Positions 38,301-53,300 of a DNA stretch of 64,000 bases are shown one piece after another. Source of the DNA: Paraspadella gotoi (lineage: Eukaryota; Animalia; Chaetognatha); the NCBI GenBank assembly GCA_051294375.1, contig CM119263.1, forward strand, positions 30,443,376 through 30,507,375, read 5' to 3'. The stretch's first letter is position 1. Every line of letters begins with the position of its first letter. Under the pieces are notes generated by a model. It made no database searches. It had not been told where the DNA came from and worked only from the letters and a program-made list of their open reading frames with translations. The position numbers and the translations under genes are program-made.

Positions 38301-41300
38301 CTTTTCTACAAAGATATTCTCTTTGCCAAAATTTAAAGAGAGATCTTTGTTGTTGTTGTTGATGACGGTGATGTAGCCGTGATTTGGCTTGGGAGGCTTC
38401 AAGTACTGAGTCTCCAATACGAGCTCCAATCCGCCTGCGATCAAATTTAAATTCCCTATTGCCGGGATACGCTCAATCCTCTCCCATCTCTCTCAGCTCG
38501 GACCGGCGATGATGAAAGCAATGGCCGCAAGAAACAATCCTCCCCCGATCCTCCTTAGAGGCCAGGTCCTGATGCCGCTCTTGTCCACCAGTGGGTAGAT
38601 GATGTAATCAAAGATAGGGATAAAGAGGATGATCAGAATCGGGTTGACCACTTGCATCATTTCCGGCTGAAAAAACATGTTGCCGACCCGAGAGTCCATT
38701 TGGTAGGATTGAATCACCAGCATCGTTCCCTGAGTGGAAGAGAGAAAATTGGGGTGGGGGGGGCATTGGGAAAGGGAAGGAAATTCTCTCTTTCCTATGA
38801 TCACCTGCTGGTCATAGAGCGACCAGAAAAAGGGCAATGGGGCAAAGATTAGGACCAACTCGAAGATTGCCTTTACATCGGCGATCAGTTGGTCCGAATA
38901 AAACCCCTGAGCCCAGTCCAGCCAATGAGCGCGCTTGATGCCCGACCCGCGGTTGCGACATCTCTCGCTTATCGCCTTGTTCACCACGCGTACAAAATCT
39001 GGTTAGAAGAGACGAGGATTAGCTGTTTCGATTTAAACTTGTATTTTTCTACTTTCCTACTCATTTAGTATTACAATAGTTTTCTTAATTTTTGTTATTT
39101 GTTTTTTTATCGTCGCAATCGCTTTTGCACATAAGTGGCGTCGTCGTCGTCTTCGTTGTCGTCGGCGTTCCAAAGTATAGATCGCCTTTTTTATGATTAA
39201 ATTTGGGTGTATGAAGCTGAAATTTTATATACAGCTTCTCATCATCGATGTGCTTAAAATTGGGTCAGGACAGTTATTAAATATGTTTTGTTTACGTTTT
39301 ATCAAAACAAACATTTCTTTTCTTTTATTTTTATGTTTCCTTCTTTCTCTCTTTTCTCTGTCTGCACATCACATATAATAAAATGTAGTAACTGGTGGAG
39401 CAGAGCATTCTGCCAACTCTCGACAATGCAGTGTATTAACAAGAGGCTAACAAATCCGCAGAAAACAAAGTAAAATTGATACTCAAACAAAAGTCTCTCA
39501 ATCAACATATGCAAGCAGGGTAAAAATCAACACTAATAGTAATACAATTGGAGATGACAATCTTACAAACATATTTTTCAGTACTGCCTGTATGGTCAGA
39601 GAAATTGCGGGAACTGAGAAAGAAAGTCTCACAGACACATCTTTTGGACATTAACAGAAAAAATTGTCAAAAATTTCAAGAAACATAGAACGTTTATTGG
39701 TAACAGTATGTCTGATAATCCAATCCTCCCAGAAACTGTGGTAACAACAGAAAACCAAATACTAAGTGACACATCATCCAATCCAAACTCTATCTCTAAA
39801 ACTCTGTCTCCGGACCCTGGTTTCACTCAAATTAAAAATTGGGGGATAGCCCATGTCCAGCACTCACAGACATAAATTCCGGAGAAAATCTCGAGCTGAA
39901 ACAGTTTTCCAAACAAGCCAACAATTTCTTAATGCTCAATGTCTCACAGAGGGCAGAAGACTGAGTTCTGGAAGAACTCTTCCTAAAGAACCTGTTGAAA
40001 ACTCTAAATCAAACTAAAAATTCACGAAAACCACCAGAAAAGCCAAACAGTCAGTCATGGAAACTGAACATAACAGCATTAACATTCTTTTCCTTAACAC
40101 AAATGGCAATCCATCGAGATTGACTGAACTAAAAAACTTAATAGCAACACCTAATGATAAAAAAGCGAATAATATTGGTTTTCAATGATATTAGACTTAC
40201 AATGTAAATTCTTTAAATTTTAAAAACTTTAAATTTTTGATCAAAAACAAATCCATGAACACAGCATCAGCAAGTGGTGTCGTGATTGGCGTGCCCTGTG
40301 ATTATAGTGCTCGTGAACTTAATGAAAGCTCGAACTTCAATGAGGGGTTAATAGCGGAGATCCAATCCCTGAGGGAGAAAATATTGTTATAGGCCACAAT
40401 GTAACAATCATCAGGTTGTTCTTTTCCAGAAAATTTCATTAAAAAATGGTCTGAAGTGGAAAATTCAAAAAACAAAATTCTACTAGGCGACTTTAACTGT
40501 CCTTCTAAGTACTTAGGGTCAAGGACTGATTCCACTTGTGGCGAAAATTTAGTGGATTTAATTGTGAAATATCAACTAAATAGTGTGCACAATGAAAAAC
40601 CGACTTACATCAGTAAGATAAATGGGGAATGGAACATTTTAGATTATGTTTTCTGTGATCAATTTACAGCAACAAATAAAAAAACTATGAAGTGTTAGAT
40701 GATGTGGGAAGTGACCATCTCCCAAGCCTTACAAAAATTATGTTCAACCAAACAAACAATAAACGACAAGTGGTAAAGAAAATTGATTATGAAAAATTTA
40801 AGAATTCCTGTCTCGTTAATTTCAACAATATCTTAACAGATAAGTCTTGGCACTTAAAAAACACAGAGGAAAAAGTCGAAATGTGGACAAAAATTGTACA
40901 GCAGGCAAAAGCAGAGAGTGAATACGAGTGCCAGCTTCGAATTTGGAAAGGACTTAGTCTTAAAAGAATACAATAAACGCGATAAAAAGGAAACGTGCCA
41001 TGGCGAAAGAAAAAAACAACAAAAAAATCACTTTGATCAACTTACTGCAGCTGAAAAAGCTAAGTGGAGAAAGGAATTCAACTTCATCTCTCGTGAAGTT
41101 AAGAGAAAACTTAAAGAAGAAGAAATTTCACGTAATCAATACATATGTGAAAAAATTGAGAATGAAAAGACAGCGGGAAAAAGTGGAAAATGATAAACAG
41201 CATTATTGGATATAAAAAAGAATGTAAGCAAGCTGATTGTATGTTGAAAAAGGAAGATGGGTCTTTCACCAAAAACAAAAAAAGAAAAACTCGATCTCTT

Positions 41301-44300
41301 AGCAGAAAGAATGGAAAGTGTTCATTCTCTTCCCAAACCAAATACTAAAAATCAATGGATCTTTGATGAAGTAGATCATTTCAAGAATGAAAATAAACAA
41401 ATACTCGAACCTAGTTTTACTAACAATCCATCTGAGTTAGAAAAATCTTGCAATATTTGAAACCGTAGTAGGCTTCATAAAAGATTTAAAAAATCGATCT
41501 GCTCCAGGAAAGGATGGCATCACACACAGTCATGTTGAAAAGTCTTCCAATGTTAGGAATCATTCTTCTGGTTGAGATCATGAAAGAATGTTTAATGAAA
41601 GGTGACTTTCCAAGGGCATGGAAGCATTCAAATCTAAGAATGCTTCATAAGTCGGGGAAGGATCCAACAGATGTAAAAAGTTATCGACCAATAAGTTTAA
41701 TTTCAGTTGTTGGAAAACTCCTAGAAAGATGTATAAAAATTGAGTTTGTTAATCAAACTAAAATACTGCAATCGATGGACCCACTTCAATCTGCCTATAT
41801 TAAAGGAAGAGGTGCTCAAGAAAACGTGGTCAGACTTGTTGAAGATATTAACTCAAGCTTCAGGAAGAAGAAAGTGTACAGTGGCTGTAGCCCTAGATTT
41901 TCAGTTGCATTCAATTCAATGTGGAGTGACGGCCTTATACTAAAAATGTTCAAAGCTGGGTATCCCGAAAATCTGTTGAGAATCGTCTATTCATATCTAA
42001 AAAACCGAGAAATGAATGTCACTGAAGGGGATCTCGTTTCAAAGACGGTAATTTTGCAGAAAGGAGCACCACAGGGCGGCATAATAAGCCCTAACCTCTT
42101 TACATTCTATGTAGATGACTTACCAACGCAACACGGGTTAATCAGCAAGGGTGCCAAATATGCAGATGATACCTCAGTTTGGGCAAAAGGAAAAACAATA
42201 AAAGAAGCTCAAAGTAAACTACAGCCTGTTCTTCATAAAATTATTACGTGGTGCGAAACATGGCAACTCCAGCTTTCTCCGGGCAAATCGGTCGCAACTA
42301 TTTTCAGCAGATGCCCAAGGCACCAAAAGGAGAATCTTGAACTCTACTTAAGAGATGAAAAAATAGTCACTAGTAAAGAATTTACTCTACTAGGAATGAC
42401 TCTGGATGAGAAACTAATGTGGACAAAGTTTATCGACCAGCTTGGTGACAAAGCTAAAAAAAATTTTGCAATCAATAAACTTGTCAAAAATAAAAAAAGC
42501 AACAATTTCAAAACCGTGTTTCAGGTGTACAATAGTCTTGTTCTTTCAATATTTGACTACTCGAGCATTGTCTGGCTCACCATGTCAGACTATCAATGGT
42601 CAAAAGTTGAAAAGCTCCATTTGCGTGCTCTCAGAACCTTTTTACGACTTCCAATCCACACATCAGCAAAAACTAGTCTATGACGCTGCAGGTATACCTA
42701 CTTTGAAAGATCTAATTATTTCAAAAGGAAAAAGAAGATTAAAGGATATTGTGAAAAACAATTCTCTCTTCAAACCAATTTTAGAAGAACTAGATCTAAA
42801 AAATCCCAAATCTCACAAATCTCCACTCACATTTTGCTACGAGGAAGATAAGAAGTCAAACCAATGCTGTTTAGAGTTTTATGGTTGTTATTGCCCTAAC
42901 CATTCTTCTTTTTAACTTTTAATTTTTTTGATCTATTACCAATTTTATCGTTTTTTGTTTTGAAAAGTTATCGTTTTTTTGTTTTGAAAAGTTATTTTCA
43001 AGATCTTGAATTGTATTTTAAACATCGTAATTTAACTGTACTTTACTTAAAAGGCTGTATAGGCCGCATTAGGCGTGCCAAGGCCGTATCTGTTTTATAC
43101 ATTCAATACATTCTCCTCTTTCCCTAGTGCTGATTCATCGGGGAAAAAACGATACTGCAGCTGGCTCTGCAGGGGCTCTTTCTTTTTCTTTCTTTTTTCC
43201 TGCTGTTTTTGCTGCTGCCTTTTGATTTCTTTCTTTTTTTTCTCTCTCTCTCTCTGCGTTTTTATTAAAAAAACAAGTTTGAACAAACTATGTCGGATCT
43301 GCCTACGATAATTAAGTGGTAATAAGCTAACTTGGTCAACTTGCATAATTTAATAAACTTGCATTATTTGGTCAACTTGCATAATTTTGTCAGCTGGAAT
43401 AATTTGGTCAACTGACAATTTTTTTTTCAGAAACTGTAACTTTAATTTTCTTCGGTACTTTATTATATTTTTTAATTGACAATCGCAAAATAGAATTTTT
43501 CTTTCTGTTTATAAATTAATTTGATTTTTTTTAGTATCAAAATTTGTCGTCAATCCAGGTTTTTCTTAAGCGATTGCGACGATCCTTATACTTTTTTTTT
43601 GCTTCACATCTTTCTTCTTATCCTTCTCGTTTACACTCACCCTTGACTCACCCTTGTGAATGCTTCCCTCAGGCGGAAACTTGACGTAACCAATGGTGAC
43701 GCCGCCTATGACGAAGAAAACGACTGAGAAGAGCATGAGGATCGCGGGAACTCCGAAGGCGAGTGGATAGCAGGTATCTTGGTCGAAGCAGGCGACGTTA
43801 CCTGGGTGGAGAAAGAGGTCAAGCTGAGACTGGCTAGTGAAATGAGACTAAATTAAGTCTGGAAAAATAAAATGTAATCTGGAAGGGAGCTGACTCGCTC
43901 TCAAAGTGACCCGAGACTCAAGTGAATCTCTCTCTCTGCCTTGGTGACGACTGGCACTCGATGAGGAGGAGGGGAAAAGGGATGAAAAAAGAGGTGGAAG
44001 AGGAAAAAGATCTGTGGCTCGGGCTCGTGAGAAGAGGAAAACGGGAAACTATATGAAAGTACTACTCTTCCCTCTCTGTGCCTCACCCTTTACCTGAGAT
44101 GACTCGATGGGTCTTCATAGACGTATTGAGTCATCGTAAAGAAGGAAAAGGAGGGAAAGGAAAGGAGAAAGGGAAAAGGGGAAAGAAACAAGGGAGGAGG
44201 GAGGAAGGAAGAGAGTGAATAGGTATGGGGGGTATCAAAACAAAAACAATCTTTCTTTGGTCTAGTCAATCTTGGGAATCCCTGGCACTCATCCAATGTA

Positions 44301-47300
44301 ATTAAATTCTCAATTTGTAATGGCAGTTTTGAAGCAAATTTTTAGCGTATTACTTTTCTTTCAAATCTGACTGAAATTTTATATTTAACAAATAAACGTT
44401 TATTAGAATCTTAAACGGGGCGAGTGAACTTTATTCGCGAGATGGGCTTCCTTGTCGACGGAAAGGGGGCAGATGGCCGGCTCCTGGAGGGGGGGGCGGG
44501 TGGCTGGTTTGTTTTACAAGGCCCTCAACTTCTTTCTTTCAAGTCCTATTTTTCCCTCTCCCTCTTTGTCATTCCAGTGGTCTGTCCATCTCCTTTCGTT
44601 TGGGTCGAGATGTTTGTTTACACCCCGCCTTTTTTTCTTCCCGGATCTCAGGCACGCTCTCCTCCCGGTGGCGTTCCCGTCGTCGCCTCTTTGGCGGTTC
44701 CTTCGGTGGTCTCTTCCGGTACCAGGTAATTGTTTGTCACGTCGGTCAAGAGGTGAACTATCTCCACAACGTATCGGGGATGTCCGGCCCTTTGTTTGAT
44801 CCACTCCAAGCTCAACCTGATGGCCGCTTACGCCCTTTCGTCTCTTGATTGCGCCACATTACTTCCGAGGAGTCCCATAAGTCCACGTCTCCGATTCTCG
44901 TCCGGCTCCAGTGTCTTCGTCATTGTCAAGATCGCTCTCCTTTACTCGTTTTTGTATACCATGGTGGCCATTACTTTCCTGTCCTCACGAAAGTCCTTGA
45001 GCAACGATGTCCAGAACTCGACGCCCATCCAATATTTCCTACATGGATGGAACTCGACGCTCCATGATGTCGCTTCCCCTTGTGCCGTCTGCACCACCGG
45101 CGGTTTCGCCGTCGCGATCCATTTGTCGGCCATCCACATCAATTCTCTTCGCTTCTCACGCTTCCTGTCCACCCAGTAGCCCTCGGGGGTGAATCCCGGA
45201 TGCAGAGTTGGTCCATCTTCACGGCGATCGCCACGGGGATCTCCTTGCTGTTGTCGTTGTTCTTCTCTTCGCTTCTGGGGCCTCTCCCTTCGCTGCCGAA
45301 TCGGAGCTGTCGGGCGTCGGCTCCAGTCCCACTTCTGGTTGCTTCATCCATCCGCTTCTTTTTTGCGGGCGTTGTCTCGTCGGACTCTGTCCAGGATCGC
45401 AGTCTCGTCTCTCGGGGAGAGCTGTGGCATCTTCTGGAACATCCATCGTCTTTTCTCGAGCTTCCTCCTTCCGATTCGTCAATGAGTTGGCGGTTTACGT
45501 TCCAGACAAACGTCATTGTCTTGGAGGATTGTTCATCTCGACACCACTATGGAATTCAGATCTTCGCGTGTCGGTCTTCTTCCGTTATCTTCGCCGGGCA
45601 TGCGTTCCTTTGGCGTCGGTCGTAGGTTCTTGGGGTCGTAGGTTCGATGCCGCTAATTGGGCGCCACTGAGACTGGCTGGTGAAATGTCGGCTGCCTCTC
45701 TAGGAGTAACAAAAAAATATGAGACTAAATAGTCTGGAAAAATAAAATGTAATCTGGAAGGGAGCTGCCCCTCTCAAAGTGACCGAGACTCAAGTGAATC
45801 TCTCTCTCTGCCTTGGTGACGACTGGCACTCGATGAGGAGGAGGGGAAAAGGGAAAAAGAGGTGGAAGAGGAAGAAGATCTGTGGCTCGGGCTTGTGAGA
45901 AGAGGAAAACAGGAAACTATATGAAAGTACTACTCTTCCCTCTCTGTCAAGCCTGATCCAACACAGAAGCGAAGGCGTATCAATCCGATCAAGTTATGCC
46001 ACTGCACCATGACTGATATTGATTCTTAAAAAAAGGGCATTGGTAAAGTCTGAGCCAAAAATGCAGCAAACTTCTGGCGCAACCATAGTTGTAAGTCTAT
46101 TTCCATCAGTTTAGGGTAAGTATTTTTTTTTTCCAAAAGCTGGTTGCCTTCTTTGGTCTTGAAGAACACGTAGATGAGGGGGGATATAGATCTTTTCAGC
46201 GCAGGTTTGAGGGATCATGTATTCTTTCCAGGGTCCAGTTCTTTCATTTCTTGATTTTGATTCCCATTTATTGACCGGAGACTGATAAGAGCAGGCTTGA
46301 TTTTTGTATTGATTCTTGTTTAAGTTGATTCTTGTAAATGAAGTATCTCCTTGGATTTTTCCAGCTTGAGTTTCCACATCTTTAGCATAGTCTTTGACAG
46401 TTGGTAAGTGGGTCTGCACTTGAGAATCAGTCTTGGCAACATTGGTTTGTGTTGAAACTGAATCAGAAATGATATTGATTTGGATAGTTTGGGAAGAGGA
46501 GGTTGAGTAGGGAAATTTTGTCTGAGTTGATTTATTGCAACTAGCCTTGCTTTTGTGTCTGGGTTGAAGCATTGGCTTGGGTGAAATAGGTTTGAGTTGA
46601 GGTGGAGACAGTTTGGGTTTTTAAAGGCAGAGGGGACATATGTGTATTCTGTACCAAAGCAAGTAGATCCATTATATTCTTGTCCAGAATTCGTGGTTTG
46701 CATTATTAGTATGTAATCTTTTAGAGAAATTCATCAGGTTTTCCAAGATGCCAATATATTCTCCTTTGAGGTCATCAGAACTGATTGGATCTTTAAAGTT
46801 GATTGCTGCCATTTTCAGGGAATGTCTATTCTATATTCCACATTAAGGGACTTGCTATTTCCGTTTCTTTAAGAGGTTAAAGTCCAATCTCAACTTTCGC
46901 CATTTTCAGTGCCGAGAGAGAGAGAGAGACAGACAGAAGCAGAGAGAGAGAGAGAGAGAAGAGGAGAGAAGAGAGAGAGAGAGAAAGAAAGAAAGAAAAG
47001 AAAAAGAGTTGATCGATTCTTGTTTTAGTCGCCAGGTTCAAAGTTTGATGTTTAGATTTTGAAAATTCCAAGTTTCGGTTGACAAAGAGTGAAGAGAAAG
47101 GAGAAGTTATCATGCAATTAACATAAAGTAGGGTTTTCTTTCTAAAATTATGCAATTTCTTTGTAGTGATTTTAATAGTTATTTTGTAATTTTTTTTTTT
47201 TTTAGATGGGAGTTTGTAAATTTGGTTTATCCCTCCGCAAAAAAAATCCGTTGAAATTCTAGAAAAAAAAAACAAAACTTTCCTTCACTAACAACCAAAA

Positions 47301-50300
47301 ACAAACTTAAAAAATAAACCAAATTTACAAACTTCCCATCTAAAAAAAAAAAAATTACAAAATAACTATTAAAATCACTACAAAGAAATTGCATAATTTT
47401 AGAAAGAAAACCCTACTTTATGTTAATTGCATGATAACTTCTCCTTTCTCTTCACTCTTTGTCAACCGAAACTTGGAATTTTCAAAATCTAAACATCAAA
47501 CTTTGAACCTGGCGACTAAAAACAAGAATCGAGTCAACTCTTTTTCTTTCTTTCTTTCTTTCTCTCTCTCTCTCTTCTCTCTCTTCTCTCTCTCTCTCTC
47601 TCTGCTTCTGTCTGTCTCTCTCTCTCTCTCGCGCACTGAAAATGGCGAAAGTTGAGATTGGACTTTAACCTCTTAAAGAAACGGAAATAGCAAGTACCCC
47701 TTAATGTGGAATATAGAATAGACATTCCCTGAAAATGGCAGCAATCAACTTTAAAGATCCAATCAGTTCTGATGACCTCAAAGGAGAATATATTGGGCAT
47801 CTTGGAAAACCTGATGAATTTCTCTAAAAGATTACATACTAATAATGCAAACCACGAATTCTGGACAAGAATATAATGGATCTACTTGCTTTGGTACAGA
47901 ATACACATATGTCCCCTCTGCCTTTAAAAACCCAAACTGTCTCCACCTCAACTCAAACCTATTTCACCCAAGCCAATGCTTCAACCCAGACACAAAAGCA
48001 AGGCTAGTTGCAATAAATCAACTCAGACAAATTTCCCTACTCAACCTCCTCTTCCCAAACTATCCAAATCAATATCATTTCTGATTCAGTTTCAACACAA
48101 AACCAATGTTGCCAAGACTGATTCTCAAGTGCAGACCCACTTACCAACTGTCAAAGACTATGCTAAAGATGTGGAAACTCAAGCTGGAAAAATCCAAGGA
48201 GATACTTCATTTACAAGAATCAACTTAAAAAGAATCAATACAAAAATCAGCCTGCTCTTATCAGTCTCCGGTCAATAAATGGGAATCAAAAATCAAGAAA
48301 TGAAAGAACTGGACCCTGGAAAGAATACATGATCCCTCAAACCTGCGCTGAAAAAGATCTATATCCCCCTCATCTACGTGTTCTTCAAGACCAAAGAAGG
48401 CAACCAGCTTTTGGAAAAAAAAAATACTTACCCTAAACTGATGGAAATAGACTTACAACTATGGTGCGCCAGAAGTTTGCTGCATTTTTGGCTCAGACTT
48501 TACCAATGCCCTTTTTTTAAGAATCAATATCAGTCATGGTGGAGTGGCATAACTTGATCGGATTGATACGCCTTCGCTTCTGTGTTGGATCAGGCTTGAC
48601 AGAGAGGGAAGAGTAGTACTTTCATATAGTTTCCTGTTTTCCTCTTCTCACAAGCCGAGCCACAGATCCTTCTTCCTCTTCCACCTCTTTTTCCCTTTTC
48701 CCCTCCTCCTCATCGAGTGCCAGTCGTCACCAAGGCAGAGAGAGAGATTCACTTGAGTCTCGGTCACTTTGAGAGCGAGTCAGCTCCCTTCCAGATTACA
48801 TTTTATTTTTCCAGACTATTTAGTCTCATATTTTTTTTGTTACTCCTAGAGAGGCAGCCGACATTTCACCAGCCAGTCTCAGTGGCGCCCAATTAGCGGC
48901 ATCGAACCTACGACCCCAAGAACCTACGACCGACGCCAAAGGAACGCATGCCCGGCGAGATAACGGAAAGAAGACCGACACGCGAAGATCTGAATTCCAT
49001 AGTGGTGTCGAGATGAACAATCCTCCAAGACAATGACGTTTGTCTGGAACGTTAACCGCCAACTCATTGACGAATCGGAAGGAGGAAGCTCGAGAAAAGA
49101 CGATGGATTTTCAAGATGCCACAGCTCTCCCCGAGAGACAGACTGCGATCCTGGACAGAGTCCGACGAGACAACGCCCGCAAAAAAGAAGCGGATGGATG
49201 AAGCAACCAGAAGTGGGACTGGAGCCGACGCCCGACAGCTCCGATTCGGCAGCGAAGGGAGAGGCCCCAGAAGCGAAGAGAAGAACAACGACAACAGCAA
49301 GGAGATCCCCCGTGGCGATCGCCGTGAAGATGGACACACTCTGCATCCGGGATTCACGCCCCGAGGGCTACTGGGTGGACAGGAAGCGTGAGAAGCGAAG
49401 AGAATTGATATGTGGCATGGTCGACAAATGGATCGCGACGGCGAAACCGCCGGTGGTGCAGACGGCACAAGGGGAAGCGACATCATGGAGCGTCGAGTTC
49501 CATCCATGTAGGAAATTTATTGGAGGGCGTCGAGTTCTGGACATCGTTGCTCAAGGACTTTCGTGAGGACAGGTAAAGTAATGGCCACCGATGGTATAAC
49601 AAAAACGAAGTAAAGGAGAGCGATCTTGACAATGACGAAGACACTGGAGCCGGACGAGGAATCGAGACGTGGACTTATGGGACTTCCTCTCGAAGTAATG
49701 TGGCGGCAATCAAAGAGACGAAAGGGCGTAAGCGGGACATCAGGTTGAGCTTGGAGTGGATCAAACATAAGGGCGCGGACATCCCGCGATAACGTTGTGG
49801 AGATAGTTCAACCTCTTGACGCGACGTGACAAACAATTACCTGGTACGCGGAAGAGACCCAGCCGAAGGAACCTGCCAAAGAGGCGACGACCGGGAACGC
49901 CACCGGGAGGAGAGCGTGCTGAGATCCGGAAGAAAAAGGCGGGTGTAACAAACATCTCGACCCAAACGAAAGGAGATGGACAGACCACTGGGAATGAACA
50001 AAGAGGGAGAGGAAAAAATAGGTACTTGAAGAAAGAAGTTGGAGGGCCATTGTAAAACAACCAGCCACCCGCCCCCCCCTCAGGAGCCGGCCAAATCTCC
50101 CCCCTTTCCGTCGACAAGGAAGCCCATCTCGCGAATAAGTTCACTCGCCCCGTTAAGATTCTAATAAACGTTTATTTTGTTTAAATATAAAATTTCAGTC
50201 AGATTTTGAAAAGAAAAGTAATACAAGTCTAAAAATTTGCTTCAAAACTGCCAATTACAAATTGGAATTTATATTACATTGGGATGAGGTGCAGGGATCC

Positions 50301-53300
50301 CAAGATTGACTAGACCAAAGAAGATTGTTTTTGTTTTGATAACCCCCGCATACTCTATTCACTCTCTTCCTTCTCCCTCCTCCCTTGTTTTTCTTTTCCC
50401 CTTTTCCCTTTCTCCTCCTTTCTCCTCCTTTTCCTTCTTTACGATGACTCAATACGTCTATGAGACCCATCGGAGTCATCTCAGGTAAAGGGTGAGGCAC
50501 AGAGAGGGAAGAGTAGTACATTTCATATAGTTTCCCGTTTTCCTCTTCTCACGAGCACCGAGCACAGATCTTTTTCCTCTTCCACCTTTTTTTCATCCCT
50601 TTTCCTCCCTCCTCCTCATCGAGTGCCAGTTCGTCACCAAGGCAGAGAGAGAGATTCACTTGAGTCTCGGGTCACTTTTGAGAAGCGAGTCAGCTCCCTT
50701 CCAGATTAAATTTTATTTTTCCAGACTTAATTTAGTCTCATTTCTCTAGCCAGTTCAGCTTGACCTCTTTCTCCCACCCCAGGTAACGTCGGCCTGCTTC
50801 GATCCAAGATACCTGCTATCCCACTCGCCTTCGAGTTCACAGGCGATCCTCATGCCTCTTCTCAGTCGTTTTCTTCGTCATACGGCGGCGTCACCATTGG
50901 TTACGTCCAGTTTCCGCTGAGGGAAGCATTCACAAGGGTGAAGTCAAGAAGGGTGAGTTGTAAACGAGAAGGATAAAGAAGAAAGATGTGAAGGCAAAAA
51001 AAAAGTATAGAGGATCGTCGCAATCGCTTAAGAAAAACCTGGATTGACGAAAATTTGATACTAAAAAAATGCAATTAATTTATAAACAGAAAGAAAAATT
51101 CCTAATTTTGCGATTGTCAATTAAAAAAATATAATAAAGATACCGAAGAAAATTAAAGTTACAGTTCTGAAAAAAAATTGTCAGTTGACAAATTATTCCA
51201 GCTGACAAAATTATGCAAGTTGACCCAAATAATGCAAGTTTATTAAATTATGCCAAGTTGACCAAGTTAGCTTATTACATTAATTATCGTAGCAGATCCG
51301 AATAGTTTGTTCAAACTTGTTTTTTTAATAAAAACGCAGAGAGAGAGAGAGAAAAAAAAGAAAGAAATCAAAAGGCAGCGCAAAAACAGCAGGAAAAAAG
51401 AAAGAAAAAGAAAGAGCCCCTGCAGAGCCACTGCAGATTCGTTTTTTTCCCACGATGAATCAGCACTAGGGAAAAGAAAGAATGTATTGAATGTATAAAA
51501 CAGATACGGCCTTGGGCACGCCTAATGCGGCCTATACATCCTTTTAAGTAAAGATCAGTTAAATTACGATGTTTTAAAATACAATTCAAATCTTGAAAAT
51601 AACTTTTCAAAACAAAAAAACGATAACTTTTCAAACAAAAACGATAAAATTGGTAATAGATCAAAAAATTAAAAGTTAAAAAAGAAGAATGTTAGGGCAA
51701 TAACAACCATAAAACTCTAAAAGCATTGGTTTGACTTCTATCTTCACTCGTAGCAAATGTGAGTGGAGATTTGTGAGATTTGGGGATTTTTTAGATCTAG
51801 TTCTTCTAAAATTGGTTTGAAGAGAGAATTGTTTTTCACAATATCTTTAATCTTCTTTTTCCTTTTGAAATAATTAGATCTTTCAAAGTAGGTATACCTG
51901 CAGCCGTCATAGACTAGTTTTGCTGATGTGTGGATTGGAAGTCGTAAAAAGGTTCATGAGAGCACGCAATGGAGCTTTTCAACTTTTGGACCATTGATAG
52001 GTCTGACATGGTGAGCCAGACAATGCTCAAGTAGTCAAATATTGAAAGAAACAAGACTATTGTACACCTGAAACCGGTTTTGAAATTGTTGCTTTTTTTT
52101 CATTTTTGACAAGTTTATTGATTGGCAAAAATTTTTGTTTTAGCTTTGTCCACAAGCCTGGTCGATAAACTTTGTCCACAATTAGTTTCTCATCCAGAGT
52201 CATTCCTAGTAGAGTAAATTCTTTACTGTGACTATTTTTTCATCTCTTAAGTAGAGTTCAAGATTCTCCTTTTGGTGCCTTGGGCATCTGCTGAAAATAG
52301 TTGCGACCGATTTGCCCGGAGAAAGCTGGAGTTGCATGTTTCACACCACGTAAATATTTATGAAGAACAGGCTGTAGTTTACTTTGACTTCTTTATTGTT
52401 TTCCTTTTGCCAAACTGGAGGTATCATCTGCATATTTGGCACCCTTGCTGATTAAACCCGTGTTGCGTTGGTAGTCATCTACATAGAATGTAAGAGGTTA
52501 GGGCTTATTATGCTGCCCTGTGGTGCTCTTCTGCAAAATTACCGGTCTTTGAAACGAGATCCCCTTCAGTGACATTCATTTCTCGGTTTTTTAGATATGA
52601 ATAGACGATTTCAACAGTATTTTCGGGATACCGCAGGCTTTGAACTTTTTAGTATAAAGGCCGTCCACTCCACATTGAATTGAATGCAACTGAAAAATCT
52701 AGGGCTACAGCACTGTACACTTTCTTTCTCTGAAGCTTGAGTTAATTATCTTCAACAAGTCTGACCACGTTTTTCTTGAGCACCTCTTCCTTTAATATAG
52801 GCAGATTGAAGTGGGTCCATCGATTGCAGTATTTAAGGTTTGATTAACAAACTCAATTTTTATACATCTTTCTAGGAGTTTCCAACAACTGAAATTAACT
52901 TATTGGTCGATAACTTTTTACATCATGTTGGATCCTTCCCCGACTTATGAAGCATTCTTAGATTTGAATGCTTCCATGCCCTTGGAAAGTCACCTTTCAT
53001 TAACATTCTTCATGCATCTCAACCAGAAGAATGATTCCTAACATTGAAGACTTTTCAACATGACTGGTGTGATGCCATCCTTTCCTGGAGCAGATCGATT
53101 TTTTAAATCTTTTAGAAGCCTACTACGGTTTCAATATTGCAAGATTTTTCTAACTCAGATGGATTGTTATAAAACTAGGTTTCGAGTATTTGTTTATTTT
53201 CATTCTTGAAATGATCTACTTCATCAAAGATCCATTGATTTTAGTATTTGGTTTGGGAAGAGAATGAACACTTTCCATTCTTTCTGCTAAGAGATCGAGT

